Positions 39,784 through 49,800 of a stretch of 64,000 nt of DNA are shown one piece after another. Position 1 is the stretch's first letter; the number at the start of each line of letters is the position of its first letter. The translations under genes were made by a program, and so were the position numbers. Source of the stretch: Bacteroidota bacterium (GTDB lineage: Bacteria > Bacteroidota > Bacteroidia > Palsa-965). The DNA lies in contig JACQAM010000009.1 in assembly GCA_016194975.1 (NCBI GenBank), forward strand, positions 788 through 64,787. The letters are read 5' to 3'. Below the pieces are notes generated by a model. The model had not been told where the DNA came from. It made no database searches and worked only from the letters and a program-made list of their open reading frames with translations.

Positions 39784-40458
39784 TCAGGGTACAATGATCT
39801 CATCTTCATTTATTCCGCCCCATTCCACCACGGTAAAACCTTTACGCGGTACTGCAGTGAAATTCCGGGGGCAAATTGAAATTCTTTCCGGAACAGATTT
39901 GAACAGCATAAAAACACGAATGCTGGTTTGAGGCGCCGGGTCAATATCGAGTTTCACCAGCTGTGCATGTTCTTCGTTGGGGGAAGTGATGAGATTCAAT
40001 TTATTTTTTTCCATCATCGGCACCCAGTAGGAAATGAATTCATCGTATTCAACAGGAAGCAATCCCATCTGCGGTAAAATATTTTCCAGAAATATTCTGC
40101 TGCTGTCACCGCTTACCACAAAACCTTTTTCGAAGGAATAATCATGATCATCACTTGCTTCGTAAAACAAATAAGGATAATTTTTTTCCCGTCCTGCATC
40201 AGCGTTGTTGGTCAGTTTTCCATCAGCCGAAGCAGAAACCTTCCATCCGTCATTGTAAAATGGTTCAGAAAATGTTAGCGGAAAAGGTGAATTTATTTTT
40301 ACAGAAATATTTTCGGTCTTTTCAGGATAGAGATAAATCACGGGCTTGCGTTCCTGGTAGTGGCCTCTTCTCCGGTTATGAATAAAATCAACACGGCATG
40401 CCGTTATAAAAAGCAGCACTGCAAAAAATCCGAAAAAAATAATTCCGCGAAATTTCAT
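39784..40458 (-). CDS. hypothetical lipoprotein
   Basis: Start at MKFRGIIFFGFFAVLLFITAC (lipobox). Co-directional with the MORN-repeat gene and 10 bp upstream of it. The ORF-track N-terminal extension overlapping the helicase gene was rejected. Confidence 0.4.
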   Translation of the reverse strand: MKFRGIIFFGFFAVLLFITACRVDFIHNRRRGHYQERKPVIYLYPEKTENISVKINSPFPLTFSEPFYNDGWKVSASADGKLTNNADAGREKNYPYLFYEASDDHDYSFEKGFVVSGDSSRIFLENILPQMGLLPVEYDEFISYWVPMMEKNKLNLITSPNEEHAQLVKLDIDPAPQTSIRVFMLFKSVPERISICPRNFTAVPRKGFTVVEWGGINEDEIIVP

Positions 40459-40531
40459 TAATGAAAAGATACAAAAAAGACATGAGAAATATCCCATGTC
40501 CTGAGTCTGTCTGGTTAAAGATTTCTTCCGC

Positions 40532-41821
40532 TTAGTTACCGTAGCGCTTTCTTCCGAACCAGCTTTTCTTTTTCGCATTATTATTTCTGCGATGCGCCGG
40601 GTTCCTTTTCTGGTGTTCCGGTTTCCGATGATTCGATTCAGGAGAATTATTCCCATTGTGATCGGTTCGTTGCGGAACAGGCGACCCCGGTTTGAACGGA
40701 TGTTCATCCACCGAAGGAATTTTAAAACCGATCAGCTTCGTGATGTCTTTGAGATAATCACGCTCTTCATGATCACAGAATGAAATTGCAATTCCGCTTG
40801 CACCTGCGCGGCCCGTGCGGCCGATGCGATGCACATACGTTTCAGCAATGTTCGGAATTTCATAATTGATCACGTGCGATAATTCATCCACATCAATTCC
40901 GCGTGCCGCAATATCTGTTGCAACGAGAACACGTGTTTGTTTCGCTTTGAAATTACTCAGCGCACGTTGTCTTGCATTCTGCGATTTGTCGCCGTGAATG
41001 GCTTCTGCGCGTATGCCTGCACGTGTGAGATCGCGCGCAACGCGGTCGGCCCCGTGTTTCGTGCGCGTGAACACGAGCGTGGTGACGATGGAAGGATCTT
41101 TCAGCAGATGAATGAGCAATTGTTTTTTGTTGAGTTTATCAACGAAATACATTTTCTGCTGAACGGTTTCTGCGGTTGTCGCCTGTGGAGTCACTTCCAC
41201 TTTCTGTGGATGATGAAGAATGCTTGCAGAGAGTTTAATGATCTCCGGCGGCATGGTTGCCGAGAAAAAAAGCGATTGACGTTTCTGCGGAAGTTTTGCA
41301 ATGATCTTTTTCACGTCGTGCACAAAACCCATATCGAGCATACGATCCGCTTCATCAAGAATAAAATATTCGATGTGCTGGAGATGAATGTAACGCTGAT
41401 CAATAAGATCGAGCAAACGTCCGGGAGTTGCCACAAGAATATCAATGCCGGCACGCAGCGCATCTGTTTGCGGTTTTTGTCCCACGCCGCCGTACACAAC
41501 AACAGTTTTCAAACCGGTGTGGCGACCATAAGCAATGAAACTTTCCTCAATCTGTATTGCGAGTTCGCGCGTGGGAGTGAGGATGAGTGCGCGGATATTT
41601 TTTCTTCCGTGTTGTTGCTGCGGATGATTGAACATCTGCTGCAGAACCGGAATTGCGAACGCCGCTGTTTTACCCGTGCCTGTTTGTGCGCAACCGAGCA
41701 GATCTTTTCCCTGTAAAACAATGGGGATCGCTTGTTGCTGAATAGGCGTGGGTTGTGAATAGCCCTCTTCCTTTAACGCCATGAGGATGGGCGCAATGAT
41801 GTTTAAATTGTCGAATGACAT
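40532..41821 (-). CDS. DEAD-box ATP-dependent RNA helicase (RhlE/DeaD-like) with basic C-terminal tail
   Basis: Q-motif, [15 protein letters not shown] (motif I), [17 protein letters not shown]. Arg/Lys/Asn-rich C-terminus. Confidence 0.85.
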   Translation of the reverse strand: MSFDNLNIIAPILMALKEEGYSQPTPIQQQAIPIVLQGKDLLGCAQTGTGKTAAFAIPVLQQMFNHPQQQHGRKNIRALILTPTRELAIQIEESFIAYGRHTGLKTVVVYGGVGQKPQTDALRAGIDILVATPGRLLDLIDQRYIHLQHIEYFILDEADRMLDMGFVHDVKKIIAKLPQKRQSLFFSATMPPEIIKLSASILHHPQKVEVTPQATTAETVQQKMYFVDKLNKKQLLIHLLKDPSIVTTLVFTRTKHGADRVARDLTRAGIRAEAIHGDKSQNARQRALSNFKAKQTRVLVATDIAARGIDVDELSHVINYEIPNIAETYVHRIGRTGRAGASGIAISFCDHEERDYLKDITKLIGFKIPSVDEHPFKPGSPVPQRTDHNGNNSPESNHRKPEHQKRNPAHRRNNNAKKKSWFGRKRYGN

Positions 41822-42101
41822 TTTGAAAATTGTTTAACCGAAGCACTGGATCACCGGAAAATTTTTTTCCGAATCCCTTAGACACACAATCGCTTTCAGT
41901 AGTGATTTTAATTTTCCCGAGAACTCGGGATGAAGGAGGGATTACAATCAGTGACAAAGATACGCTAAATAAACGAGCAGACGATTTTTATTTCGCAAGA
42001 TGAGTTACTCTTTTATTTTTTCACCGTCACCTGCCGCCATCTGAGATCTATCGGGATTCGTCGGGCAGGCATTCGCACATTGCCCAAATTATCACATTGC
42101 T

Positions 42102-42344
42102 TCATTCTCCCATCTCTCCCAGAATTTTTTTCACTTCATCTTCTGTCGCGCGGAGTTTGGTTCTGCACAACGCGATCAGTTCTGAAGCGCGTTTTACTTT
42201 TGCAGCGAGTTCATCGATGGAAATACTTTCGTTCTCAATGGCGCGCGAAATTTCGTTGAGTTCTGTTAATGCATCTGTATATGAAATATCTTTCATGGCA
42301 TCAAAGGTTGAATTATTTAGAAAAGTAGTGCTGTCATTGGTCAA
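42102..42344 (-). CDS. xseB: exodeoxyribonuclease VII small subunit
   Basis: DISYTDALTELNEISRAIENESISIDELAAKVKRASELIALCRTKL helical hairpin. Immediately downstream of xseA. The start may be the internal Met at 42296. Confidence 0.7.
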   Translation of the reverse strand: MTNDSTTFLNNSTFDAMKDISYTDALTELNEISRAIENESISIDELAAKVKRASELIALCRTKLRATEDEVKKILGEMGE

Positions 42345-42347
42345 TTG

Positions 42348-43694
42348 TCATTCGTTGTTTGATTCGACGATCGTTTTCAAAGTTCCGTCTTTCATTCTGA
42401 TTTCCAGTTTTTCCCCGGCTGAAATATTTTTCGAAGAAACAACCGGCTGATCATTCTTCAACACCATCGCGTAACCTCTCTTCAGCACATTTTCCGGCGA
42501 AAGCAATTTCATTCTTTCAAAAAGAAGTTCAAGCTGGTGATCTTGTTTTTCGATCGTTCTTTTTGTCAGCGAAGGAAGTTTCCGAAGAATTTCTCCTGTG
42601 AGTTGGGTGTGCGAAAGAAAAAGTTTTCCGGAAGAAGAACTGATCCGTTCTCGGAAACGCGTCATTTTATTTTCCGTAGTGTGGATGAGTTGCAGCGTTC
42701 CGTTATGAAGAATTGCGCCGGTGTGATCCAGTTTACGCTGATGTTTTGTGAGCAATGTGTGACAGCGAATGGCGATGAGATCGCGGAGATCTTCTGTTTC
42801 TTCTTCAAATGCGCGGTTATTATCGATGATGAATTCTGCCGCTTTCGTGGGCGCCTGCGTGGAGGTGTGCGCCACCATGTCCGTGATGCTCTCGTTGCGC
42901 AGGTGCCCGATGCCGGTGATCACGGGTACGGGAAAGCGTGCGATCGCGTGTGCGAGATTGAATTTATCGAATGGAAGCAGGTCACTTTGTGAACCGCCGC
43001 CACGGATGAGTACTACCGCATCGAATTTTTTTCCCTGCACTATATCTTCAAAAATTTTCAACAGCTGTTCCTTCATCGAATCGGCAGCCGTTTCTCCCTG
43101 CAGAATAGAAAAATAATTCGTGCAGAAAAATTTATAACCAAAAATATTTTTGTTCAGTGCGTTCATGAAATCTTCATAACCGGCAGCGGAAGCAGCACTG
43201 ATCACGGCGATATGCTGAATGACGGAAGAAAGTTCAAGTTTTTTATTCGGCGTAATGAAAATTCCGTCTTCGAGGCGAATGCCCGGTTTAGTTGCAAGAA
43301 GCGCGATCGTTTTTCTGCGTTCCACCTCTAATTGCCCGAGCATGTGTTGTGCATCAATGTCAAGAATATCGAGCGACAATCCATGCACCGGGTGATAATC
43401 GGCGCGGAGTTTTAAAAGAACCTGCATTCCCTGCGATGGTTTTTTTCCGGTGATATCTTCGAAATTCCGGAATGCAGCGAGCGCTTCGGGCCTCCACACT
43501 TTTCCCGTCATTCGCGCAACGAGATCTGTTCCACTTTCACTTTTTTCTATCAGCTCCACCCAAGTTGATCTCGCTTTCTCATTCTGGGAATTGATCTCTG
43601 CCAGCACCCACCACGTTTTTCCTGCGAAAGTTTTTTTCAGCGAATCATCGATCAGCGCGCAAAATTCAGAAAGTTTCAGTTGTGACGTGTTCAT
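42348..43694 (-). CDS. xseA: exodeoxyribonuclease VII large subunit
   Basis: N-terminal OB fold. Catalytic region GGGSQSDLLPFD...PVITGIGHLRNESITD. ~448 aa. Confidence 0.8.
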   Translation of the reverse strand: MNTSQLKLSEFCALIDDSLKKTFAGKTWWVLAEINSQNEKARSTWVELIEKSESGTDLVARMTGKVWRPEALAAFRNFEDITGKKPSQGMQVLLKLRADYHPVHGLSLDILDIDAQHMLGQLEVERRKTIALLATKPGIRLEDGIFITPNKKLELSSVIQHIAVISAASAAGYEDFMNALNKNIFGYKFFCTNYFSILQGETAADSMKEQLLKIFEDIVQGKKFDAVVLIRGGGSQSDLLPFDKFNLAHAIARFPVPVITGIGHLRNESITDMVAHTSTQAPTKAAEFIIDNNRAFEEETEDLRDLIAIRCHTLLTKHQRKLDHTGAILHNGTLQLIHTTENKMTRFRERISSSSGKLFLSHTQLTGEILRKLPSLTKRTIEKQDHQLELLFERMKLLSPENVLKRGYAMVLKNDQPVVSSKNISAGEKLEIRMKDGTLKTIVESNNE

Positions 43695-43787
43695 CGAATA
43701 AATTTACGATCTGCGTTTTAAGATGTGAATGATGTTAGTAAATATTAATTGGAATGCAGTTCCTGAATCCTCATTCCAAACTCCCGG

Positions 43788-44741
43788 CTATTTCCTGTTC
43801 ACCATCCACACTCCACCCAGAATTACCAGTACAAAAATTCCATGCAGGTAAGAAACCATTTCATGATCGAGCACGCCCCACAGCATCGCTACAATAGGAA
43901 TGATGTAAGTGACCGACGCAGCAAATAAAGTTCCGGCTTCCTTAATAAGAATATTATAGACGATCACACTCAGCGCCGTTCCGAAGATCGCAAGAATGGC
44001 AGTGTAGCCAAGACTTTGCCATGCGAGTTGTATCGTTTGCATGCGGTGAATGAAGTCGGTGGAGAAAAGATAAATTCCGGCAACCGGGCCAATGATGCAT
44101 AATGCAAAAACAGTTGCAGTCACCGAACTCACCTGGCTTAGTTTCGATTTGATGATATTCACGCTGAAGCCGTAAAAAAAAGTAGCAAGCACAACCAGCG
44201 ATCCGCCAATGAAGATCGTTCGCTGATCAACCTGAATTTCTTTCGAAGAATTATTATTCAGCATCATCAACCCGATCGCTCCACTGAGCCCGGTCACAAT
44301 TCCGATGATCTGCCACATGCGGACCTTCTGTTTAAAAACAAAAAAACCGAGAAGCAAAGTAAAAACAGGAGTGAGAGAATTCAGCATTCCGGTCAGGGCA
44401 GAACTGATCATGGTTTCCGCACGCGTGAACATGAATGCGGGAAGAAGATTTCCAAATATTCCCATTCCTGCGAATGCAAATGTGTTGCTGAATAATTCTT
44501 TTTTTATGTGCCGGAAAGCAAGCGGCAATAAAAAAAGAAATGCAATGAAAATTCTCAATGCTGCGACCTGGTCACTGGTAAAAGAATCAAGCCCGCGTTT
44601 CATGAGAATGAAAGAACTTCCCCACGTGAGGCCGAGAGCGATGAAAATGATCCAGTGGAGTAGTGAGCGGTTTTGCAAGAGGAACAAATTGCGAATGGGT
44701 GCGAATATACGAAGCAATAAAGCCCCATTCGTAATTCGCAT
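43788..44741 (-). CDS. DMT-superfamily (EamA-like) transporter
   Basis: Ten predicted TM segments in two EamA halves. WGSSFILMK N-terminal signature. Confidence 0.7.
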   Translation of the reverse strand: MRITNGALLLRIFAPIRNLFLLQNRSLLHWIIFIALGLTWGSSFILMKRGLDSFTSDQVAALRIFIAFLFLLPLAFRHIKKELFSNTFAFAGMGIFGNLLPAFMFTRAETMISSALTGMLNSLTPVFTLLLGFFVFKQKVRMWQIIGIVTGLSGAIGLMMLNNNSSKEIQVDQRTIFIGGSLVVLATFFYGFSVNIIKSKLSQVSSVTATVFALCIIGPVAGIYLFSTDFIHRMQTIQLAWQSLGYTAILAIFGTALSVIVYNILIKEAGTLFAASVTYIIPIVAMLWGVLDHEMVSYLHGIFVLVILGGVWMVNRK

Positions 44742-44853
44742 TCCGTTCCCGCATTCGTAATTCGTAAATTCGCACTTCGCATTTTCGCACCTATTCGCAC
44801 TTCGTTCCCGAATTCGTAATTTGTATATTCGTGTGATTCGTAATTCGTAACCA

Positions 44854-46266
44854 ATGAAAAATTATTCCATTTACATCGGTGGATATTTCGCATCCACTTC
44901 AAATGAACTTGTTGTGCGTAATCCATTTTCGGGAGAAACGGTCGGCACGACAAGTCTCGCCGGGCCACATGAACTGGAAGCTGCGATCGGCGCTGCTCAG
45001 CGTGTGCAGAAAGAAATGAGTGAGTTATCATCGCATAAAAAATATTCCATTCTCCGTAAAATTTCTGATAACATTACCGCTCATCGGGAAAATCTCGCTT
45101 TGCTATTGTGCCATGAATCCGGAAAACCAATACGCTATGCACTTGCAGAAATAGATCGCGCTGCGCAGACATTCCTGGTCGCCGCCGAAGAATCGAAACG
45201 TTTGCCCAAAGAATATATTTCACTCGACTGGAGCGCAGCAGGGGAAAAGAAAGAAGGATTCGTGAAATATTTTCCGGTGGGAATTGTTGCAGGGATTTCT
45301 CCTTTCAATTTTCCGATGAATCTCGCTGTGCACAAAATTGCACCGGCTATTGCGGCGGGTTGTCCCATTATTCTCAAACCCGCATCATCCACGCCGCTTT
45401 CCACGCTGGAACTTGCGAAGATCATCGACAAAACAGATATGCCCAGGGGTTGTGTTTCAATACTACCCATGAACAGGACGGCTGGAAATCAATTGGTGAC
45501 TGACGATCGTTTTTCGCTGCTGAGTTTCACCGGGTCGCCCGAAGTAGGATGGACGATGAAAGCAAATGCCGGCAGGAAAAAAGTAGTGCTCGAACTCGGT
45601 GGAAATGCCGGCGTCATTGTTGCATCCTCTTCTGATCCGGAAATGGCGCTGAAGAAATGTCTCATCGCCGGATTTGCTTATTCAGGTCAGGTGTGCATAC
45701 ACGCGCAAAGGATCTTCGTTCATAAAAATTATTTCGAAAAATTCGTTCATGCTTTCTGCGAAGGAGCGGGTAAACTTGCGCAGGGAGATCCTGCTGATGC
45801 GAATACAGAAATTTCAGTGATGATAGACCAAGAGAATGCAAAGCGTGTAGAGCAATGGGTGAATGAAGCGGAACATGCCGGTGCAAAAATTCTGTGCGGA
45901 GGAAAACGTGATGGAAATTATTTCATGCCGACGGTTATGACGAATACCAACATCATCATGAAAGTGAATTGCGAAGAAGTCTTCGGCCCGGTGGTGATCG
46001 TGGAGCCGTTTGAAAAATTCGACGATGCAATAAAAATGATAAACGATACGCGTTTCGGTTTACAGGCCGGAGTTTTTACCAATGACATCCGCGAAATAGA
46101 TAAAGCATTCCACGAAATTGAAACAGGCGGAGTGATCATCAACGATGTTCCCACTTTCAGAATGGATCACATGCCTTATGGTGGAGTTAAGGATTCAGGA
46201 TCGGGAAGAGAAGGAGTGAAGTACGCGATGATGGATATGCTCGAAGCGAGGATTCTTTGCAGATAG
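44854..46266 (+). CDS. NAD(P)-dependent aldehyde dehydrogenase family protein
   Basis: ELGGNAG, catalytic Cys in GQVCIHAQRIFV, EEVFGPV motif, ~470 aa. Confidence 0.85.
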   Translation: MKNYSIYIGGYFASTSNELVVRNPFSGETVGTTSLAGPHELEAAIGAAQRVQKEMSELSSHKKYSILRKISDNITAHRENLALLLCHESGKPIRYALAEIDRAAQTFLVAAEESKRLPKEYISLDWSAAGEKKEGFVKYFPVGIVAGISPFNFPMNLAVHKIAPAIAAGCPIILKPASSTPLSTLELAKIIDKTDMPRGCVSILPMNRTAGNQLVTDDRFSLLSFTGSPEVGWTMKANAGRKKVVLELGGNAGVIVASSSDPEMALKKCLIAGFAYSGQVCIHAQRIFVHKNYFEKFVHAFCEGAGKLAQGDPADANTEISVMIDQENAKRVEQWVNEAEHAGAKILCGGKRDGNYFMPTVMTNTNIIMKVNCEEVFGPVVIVEPFEKFDDAIKMINDTRFGLQAGVFTNDIREIDKAFHEIETGGVIINDVPTFRMDHMPYGGVKDSGSGREGVKYAMMDMLEARILCR

Positions 46267-46315
46267 GTGGCGGGAAGCGATCTTGCAAGAGGATTTCGTA
46301 ATCTGTAATCTTTCC

Positions 46316-46738
46316 CTACCAACCAATATTCGGTTTGCCAACTCCTCTGTACAGAACATGTTTCTGCAAACCCTGTTCAGACTTCGGATGTTTGAAGCAG
46401 GTATCTTTCATCAGCAGATCAATTGTAGAAAATCTTTTTCCGCAATACATACAGTAATACGCGTTTGAAGTTTGCGGTGGAGGAAAATTCCCCTGGCTCT
46501 GAAAATTTTCCGGCGAGGTGAATGTGTCCCGGTAATTCGGTTTCGGATTATTCTGTGGATTTGCGTGAGACGGCGGAAATGGATTCCGGTTTTGTTGTTG
46601 CTGTTGGAGAAAAGGATTCGGATAATTTGTTTGTGGAGGCATTTTCGGAGCATTGTTTTTACCTCTCGCTACTTTTATCATAATGTAAATGAAGAGGAAT
46701 ACGAGTCCGAAAACGATTTTTGCTGCGGCTGCTGTCAT
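46316..46738 (-). CDS. membrane-anchored P/Q/N-rich protein with C-terminal C2H2-like zinc-finger motif
   Basis: N-terminal TM segment IVFGLVFLFIYIMI. Low-complexity PPQTNYPNPFLQQQQQNRNPFPP linker. YYCMYCGKRFSTIDLLMKDTCFKH has the pattern C-x2-C-x3-F-x5-L...C-x2-H. Confidence 0.4.
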   Translation of the reverse strand: MTAAAAKIVFGLVFLFIYIMIKVARGKNNAPKMPPQTNYPNPFLQQQQQNRNPFPPSHANPQNNPKPNYRDTFTSPENFQSQGNFPPPQTSNAYYCMYCGKRFSTIDLLMKDTCFKHPKSEQGLQKHVLYRGVGKPNIGW

Positions 46739-46800
46739 TATGGATTTTTTATTTTAAAATATAAATTGTCGAGTGAAGTGAAAACCGCCGACAAGTTAAT

Positions 46801-47595
46801 CTATTCCTTCGCTTGCCTGCGGATAATTTTTCCGAACCATTTCGGGAAATGACGTTTCATCCACACGGCTTTTATTTCTCTTCCGCCAATGAGAATTTCT
46901 TCTTTACCGGCATTCATGGCATTTAAAATAATCTGCGCGCATTCTTCCGCCGGCATTCCTTCTTCCTGGCTCTTGTCCATTTTCGCATGCTTGCTGCCGT
47001 CGGCTTTCACCGCATTCAGTGAAATATCCGTTTTTATTTTTCCCGGAACTGCAATGAGAATTTTAATTCCTTCATTTTCTGTTTCAAGGCGCAGTGTTTC
47101 GAAAAATCCGTGGAGCGCGTGTTTGGAAGCCGAATAAGCGGAGCGGAACCAGAAACCGAATTTTCCCGAAATGCTGCTCATGACAATGATATTTCCGGAA
47201 TGTTGTTTCAGCATGAAAGGAAGAACAGCTTTCGTGAGCGCTACCTGTCCGAAAAAATTCACTTCCATTATTTTCCGGTCCATGTCAACGGATGTTTCTT
47301 TTGTCAATGAACGCTGCGATACTCCTCCGTTATTCACCAGCACATCGATGCGCGAAAATTTTGCAATGACTTTCTGAACAAGATCATTTACATTTTTTGT
47401 GTCGGAAAGATCGAGTGGAAGAACCAGTGAATTATTTTCCGTGAGTGAAGCTTCACGTTTTACTTTTTCAAGTTCTTCTGTTCTCCGCGCCGACAGAATT
47501 ATTTTTGCTCCTTCCTTCGCAAATGCTTTCACAAGTGCGGCACCTATTCCTGAAGATGCGCCGGTGATCCAGATGACTTTGTCTTTGTAATTCAT
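46801..47595 (-). CDS. SDR-family oxidoreductase
   Basis: TGASSGIG Rossmann motif, NNGG, and the catalytic S...YSASK triad. Confidence 0.8.
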   Translation of the reverse strand: MNYKDKVIWITGASSGIGAALVKAFAKEGAKIILSARRTEELEKVKREASLTENNSLVLPLDLSDTKNVNDLVQKVIAKFSRIDVLVNNGGVSQRSLTKETSVDMDRKIMEVNFFGQVALTKAVLPFMLKQHSGNIIVMSSISGKFGFWFRSAYSASKHALHGFFETLRLETENEGIKILIAVPGKIKTDISLNAVKADGSKHAKMDKSQEEGMPAEECAQIILNAMNAGKEEILIGGREIKAVWMKRHFPKWFGKIIRRQAKE

Positions 47596-47673
47596 TCTGA
47601 AAATTCGAGATTTGAAATTCGAGATTCAAAATTACAGATTAGAAGGACCTTAATCCCGAATCTAAATTTCAAA

Positions 47674-49125
47674 TTACATTCCCGGCGTTGGAGGAGTTCC
47701 GTTGTTCATTGCTTCTTCTCTCAGTCGCGGATCGAGATTGACGCGGATAAACCCGATCGCGAACGACATGTTCGGGTCTTTCGATTTGTCGAGATAAGTG
47801 AGCACATCTCCTGTTGCCAATCCTATTTCGAGCGGACCCAGCGGGCCGAGTGTAACTCCCATTGGTAAATTCCATCCGAGCGATGCATTGCCCGAGACTC
47901 CAAGATTTACATGGATGATCTCCGCCAGTTTTATTTCTCCACCGACGGCGAAATAAGGCCCGGTAAGATTGTAGCGGTTTTTTGTATAGGGAATAACGAG
48001 ATCGGCTCCCACATTCACGCGATCTCCGATCTTCCATCCCACACCGAAACGAATGCGCGATGGTAAAGTCGATTTGTAATCGCTGCCCGGTTTGTAATTC
48101 ATGAATCCTGTGCTGCTGAAAAGGAAATTTGCATTCTTGCCCATGTTCCAGTTCGGCAATCCGTTGTTCGTGCTGTCGGCGTGAAAGAGTGTTGTGTCGT
48201 GAGCCATGAGTACATTATCTTTCCACGTGATTGATCCGATGTCGGTGAATGCTGCAGCAAATCTTATTTTTTTGTCAATGACCACCGATGTTCCGAAATC
48301 AAATCCCATTCCCTGTCCTACAGAATTGAAAAGTGAATTTGATTTGATGGAACTGAAATTCTGGATATTTCCGTAATTGATATTGTAACTGCTCGTAATG
48401 GAAGAATGTCCTGCAATGAAACCGGGAGAAATTTTTCCATCCACATTCGCAAGTCCCCACAACATTTTCAATCCCACTCCGCCAAACACCTGAATCTTCG
48501 GATCGCCGTCATCATCTGTCGTTCCGAATCCCATGATCCTTCTTCCGTAAGAAAGATTCGCCTCACGATAATGAAGAAAAGAAACATCGCTGCCGTTGAA
48601 GATATCAGAGAGATGTTTGCTGTAATTGGCAGTGTCCTGGAAAAATGCTGCATTCTTTCCGTTGAAAATAAAATCAGCGGCATTCTGGTTCAGTCCCACG
48701 TGTGCATACATTCGGTCGCGCACACTGATCGCAAATCCACCGACTTTAGGAACATAAAATGAAGTGGCCAGCCAGTTGATGTTTGCAGTCATGTTGAATC
48801 CCTGCGGCTGCGCGAATAATGTTGCGTATTGTTGTTTCTGCGCATTGGTAAAAGAATCATTCGGATTCAGGATCGCATTTTTCAGTGTAGGAAAATCGAT
48901 CGCTTTCGATTGCGCATTAATGCCCACATTCAGCACCGACATGGAGAAACGGTAATTGTCGCTCCAGCCGAGATTGGAAGGATTGATACCGATGGCTTCG
49001 AAATTCGTGACCATGGCTGTGGCTGTTCCGCCTTTACCCGTGGTGGAAGGAAGGCCGAGATCGACTTGGGCAGAAATCTCATTGGAGAAAGCAGCGCTTG
49101 CGAGTAAAGCCAGGATCTTTTTCAT
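47674..49125 (-). CDS. hypothetical outer-membrane protein
   Basis: Signal peptide MKKILALLASAAFSNEISAQ. Gly/Asn/aromatic-rich beta-pattern across ~480 aa. Confidence 0.4.
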   Translation of the reverse strand: MKKILALLASAAFSNEISAQVDLGLPSTTGKGGTATAMVTNFEAIGINPSNLGWSDNYRFSMSVLNVGINAQSKAIDFPTLKNAILNPNDSFTNAQKQQYATLFAQPQGFNMTANINWLATSFYVPKVGGFAISVRDRMYAHVGLNQNAADFIFNGKNAAFFQDTANYSKHLSDIFNGSDVSFLHYREANLSYGRRIMGFGTTDDDGDPKIQVFGGVGLKMLWGLANVDGKISPGFIAGHSSITSSYNINYGNIQNFSSIKSNSLFNSVGQGMGFDFGTSVVIDKKIRFAAAFTDIGSITWKDNVLMAHDTTLFHADSTNNGLPNWNMGKNANFLFSSTGFMNYKPGSDYKSTLPSRIRFGVGWKIGDRVNVGADLVIPYTKNRYNLTGPYFAVGGEIKLAEIIHVNLGVSGNASLGWNLPMGVTLGPLGPLEIGLATGDVLTYLDKSKDPNMSFAIGFIRVNLDPRLREEAMNNGTPPTPGM

Positions 49126-49328
49126 TTCGTGGGATTTGATAGTAATCAAAAATAATTTTTTTAGGCGGATAAATCATTCTTTGACCATTTTTTAGTGCAG
49201 ATAATTTTGTAATGATGTGGAGACAATAATATAAAATGAACCAGAATTGCATTCAGCGGTTCACTTACTTTAACTGATGCCTCAATGAATCAGATTCAAC
49301 GGCAGTCAATCTTACCTACCTTCGCAGT

Positions 49329-49760
49329 ATGCGCCGGGAAATTTTCTTAGTGATGATTTTGTTTTTTTCCTGCAGCCGTTCGCAGCAGGGACAAACAAAG
49401 CGCCCTTTTGATCTGATCGATCGCGATAAGATGGTGCAGGTTCTTGCAGATGTTCACGTGCTTGAAGCAACTCTTTCGGTTCGTCAACCCATGCAATTGC
49501 AGCGCCACCCGATGATGCCCGGCCTGAAAGATCCTTCTGTTAACCAGGCGCCATTGCAGAAAGAAGATTCGATGCCTTATTATAATATTTTCAGAAAGAA
49601 TGGAGTTACGCGCAAACAATACCAGTCGTCGATGAAATGGTATTGCGCACATCCCGAAGAGTTGAGCGGGATTTATGATGATGTGATCACCGAGATCAAC
49701 AAGCGTTTGTCGCAGGAGCAGGAAGCGGCGGGGAAGCAAAAAAAATTGGTGGGGAAATAG
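49329..49760 (+). CDS. DUF4296-like lipoprotein
   Basis: Lipobox LFFSCS. A KWYCAHPEELSGIYDDVITEINKRL segment matches the DUF4296 C-terminal signature. Confidence 0.5.
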   Translation: MRREIFLVMILFFSCSRSQQGQTKRPFDLIDRDKMVQVLADVHVLEATLSVRQPMQLQRHPMMPGLKDPSVNQAPLQKEDSMPYYNIFRKNGVTRKQYQSSMKWYCAHPEELSGIYDDVITEINKRLSQEQEAAGKQKKLVGK

Positions 49761-49800
49761 AAATGGATTTGTTTTTTAGGGTTTGTTTTTTGGGATTTTT

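Noticed and set aside
40937-41716. 259-aa ORF antisense to the DEAD-box helicase
   Set aside because: Wholly contained within a strongly supported helicase CDS on the opposite strand, with no motif or signal.
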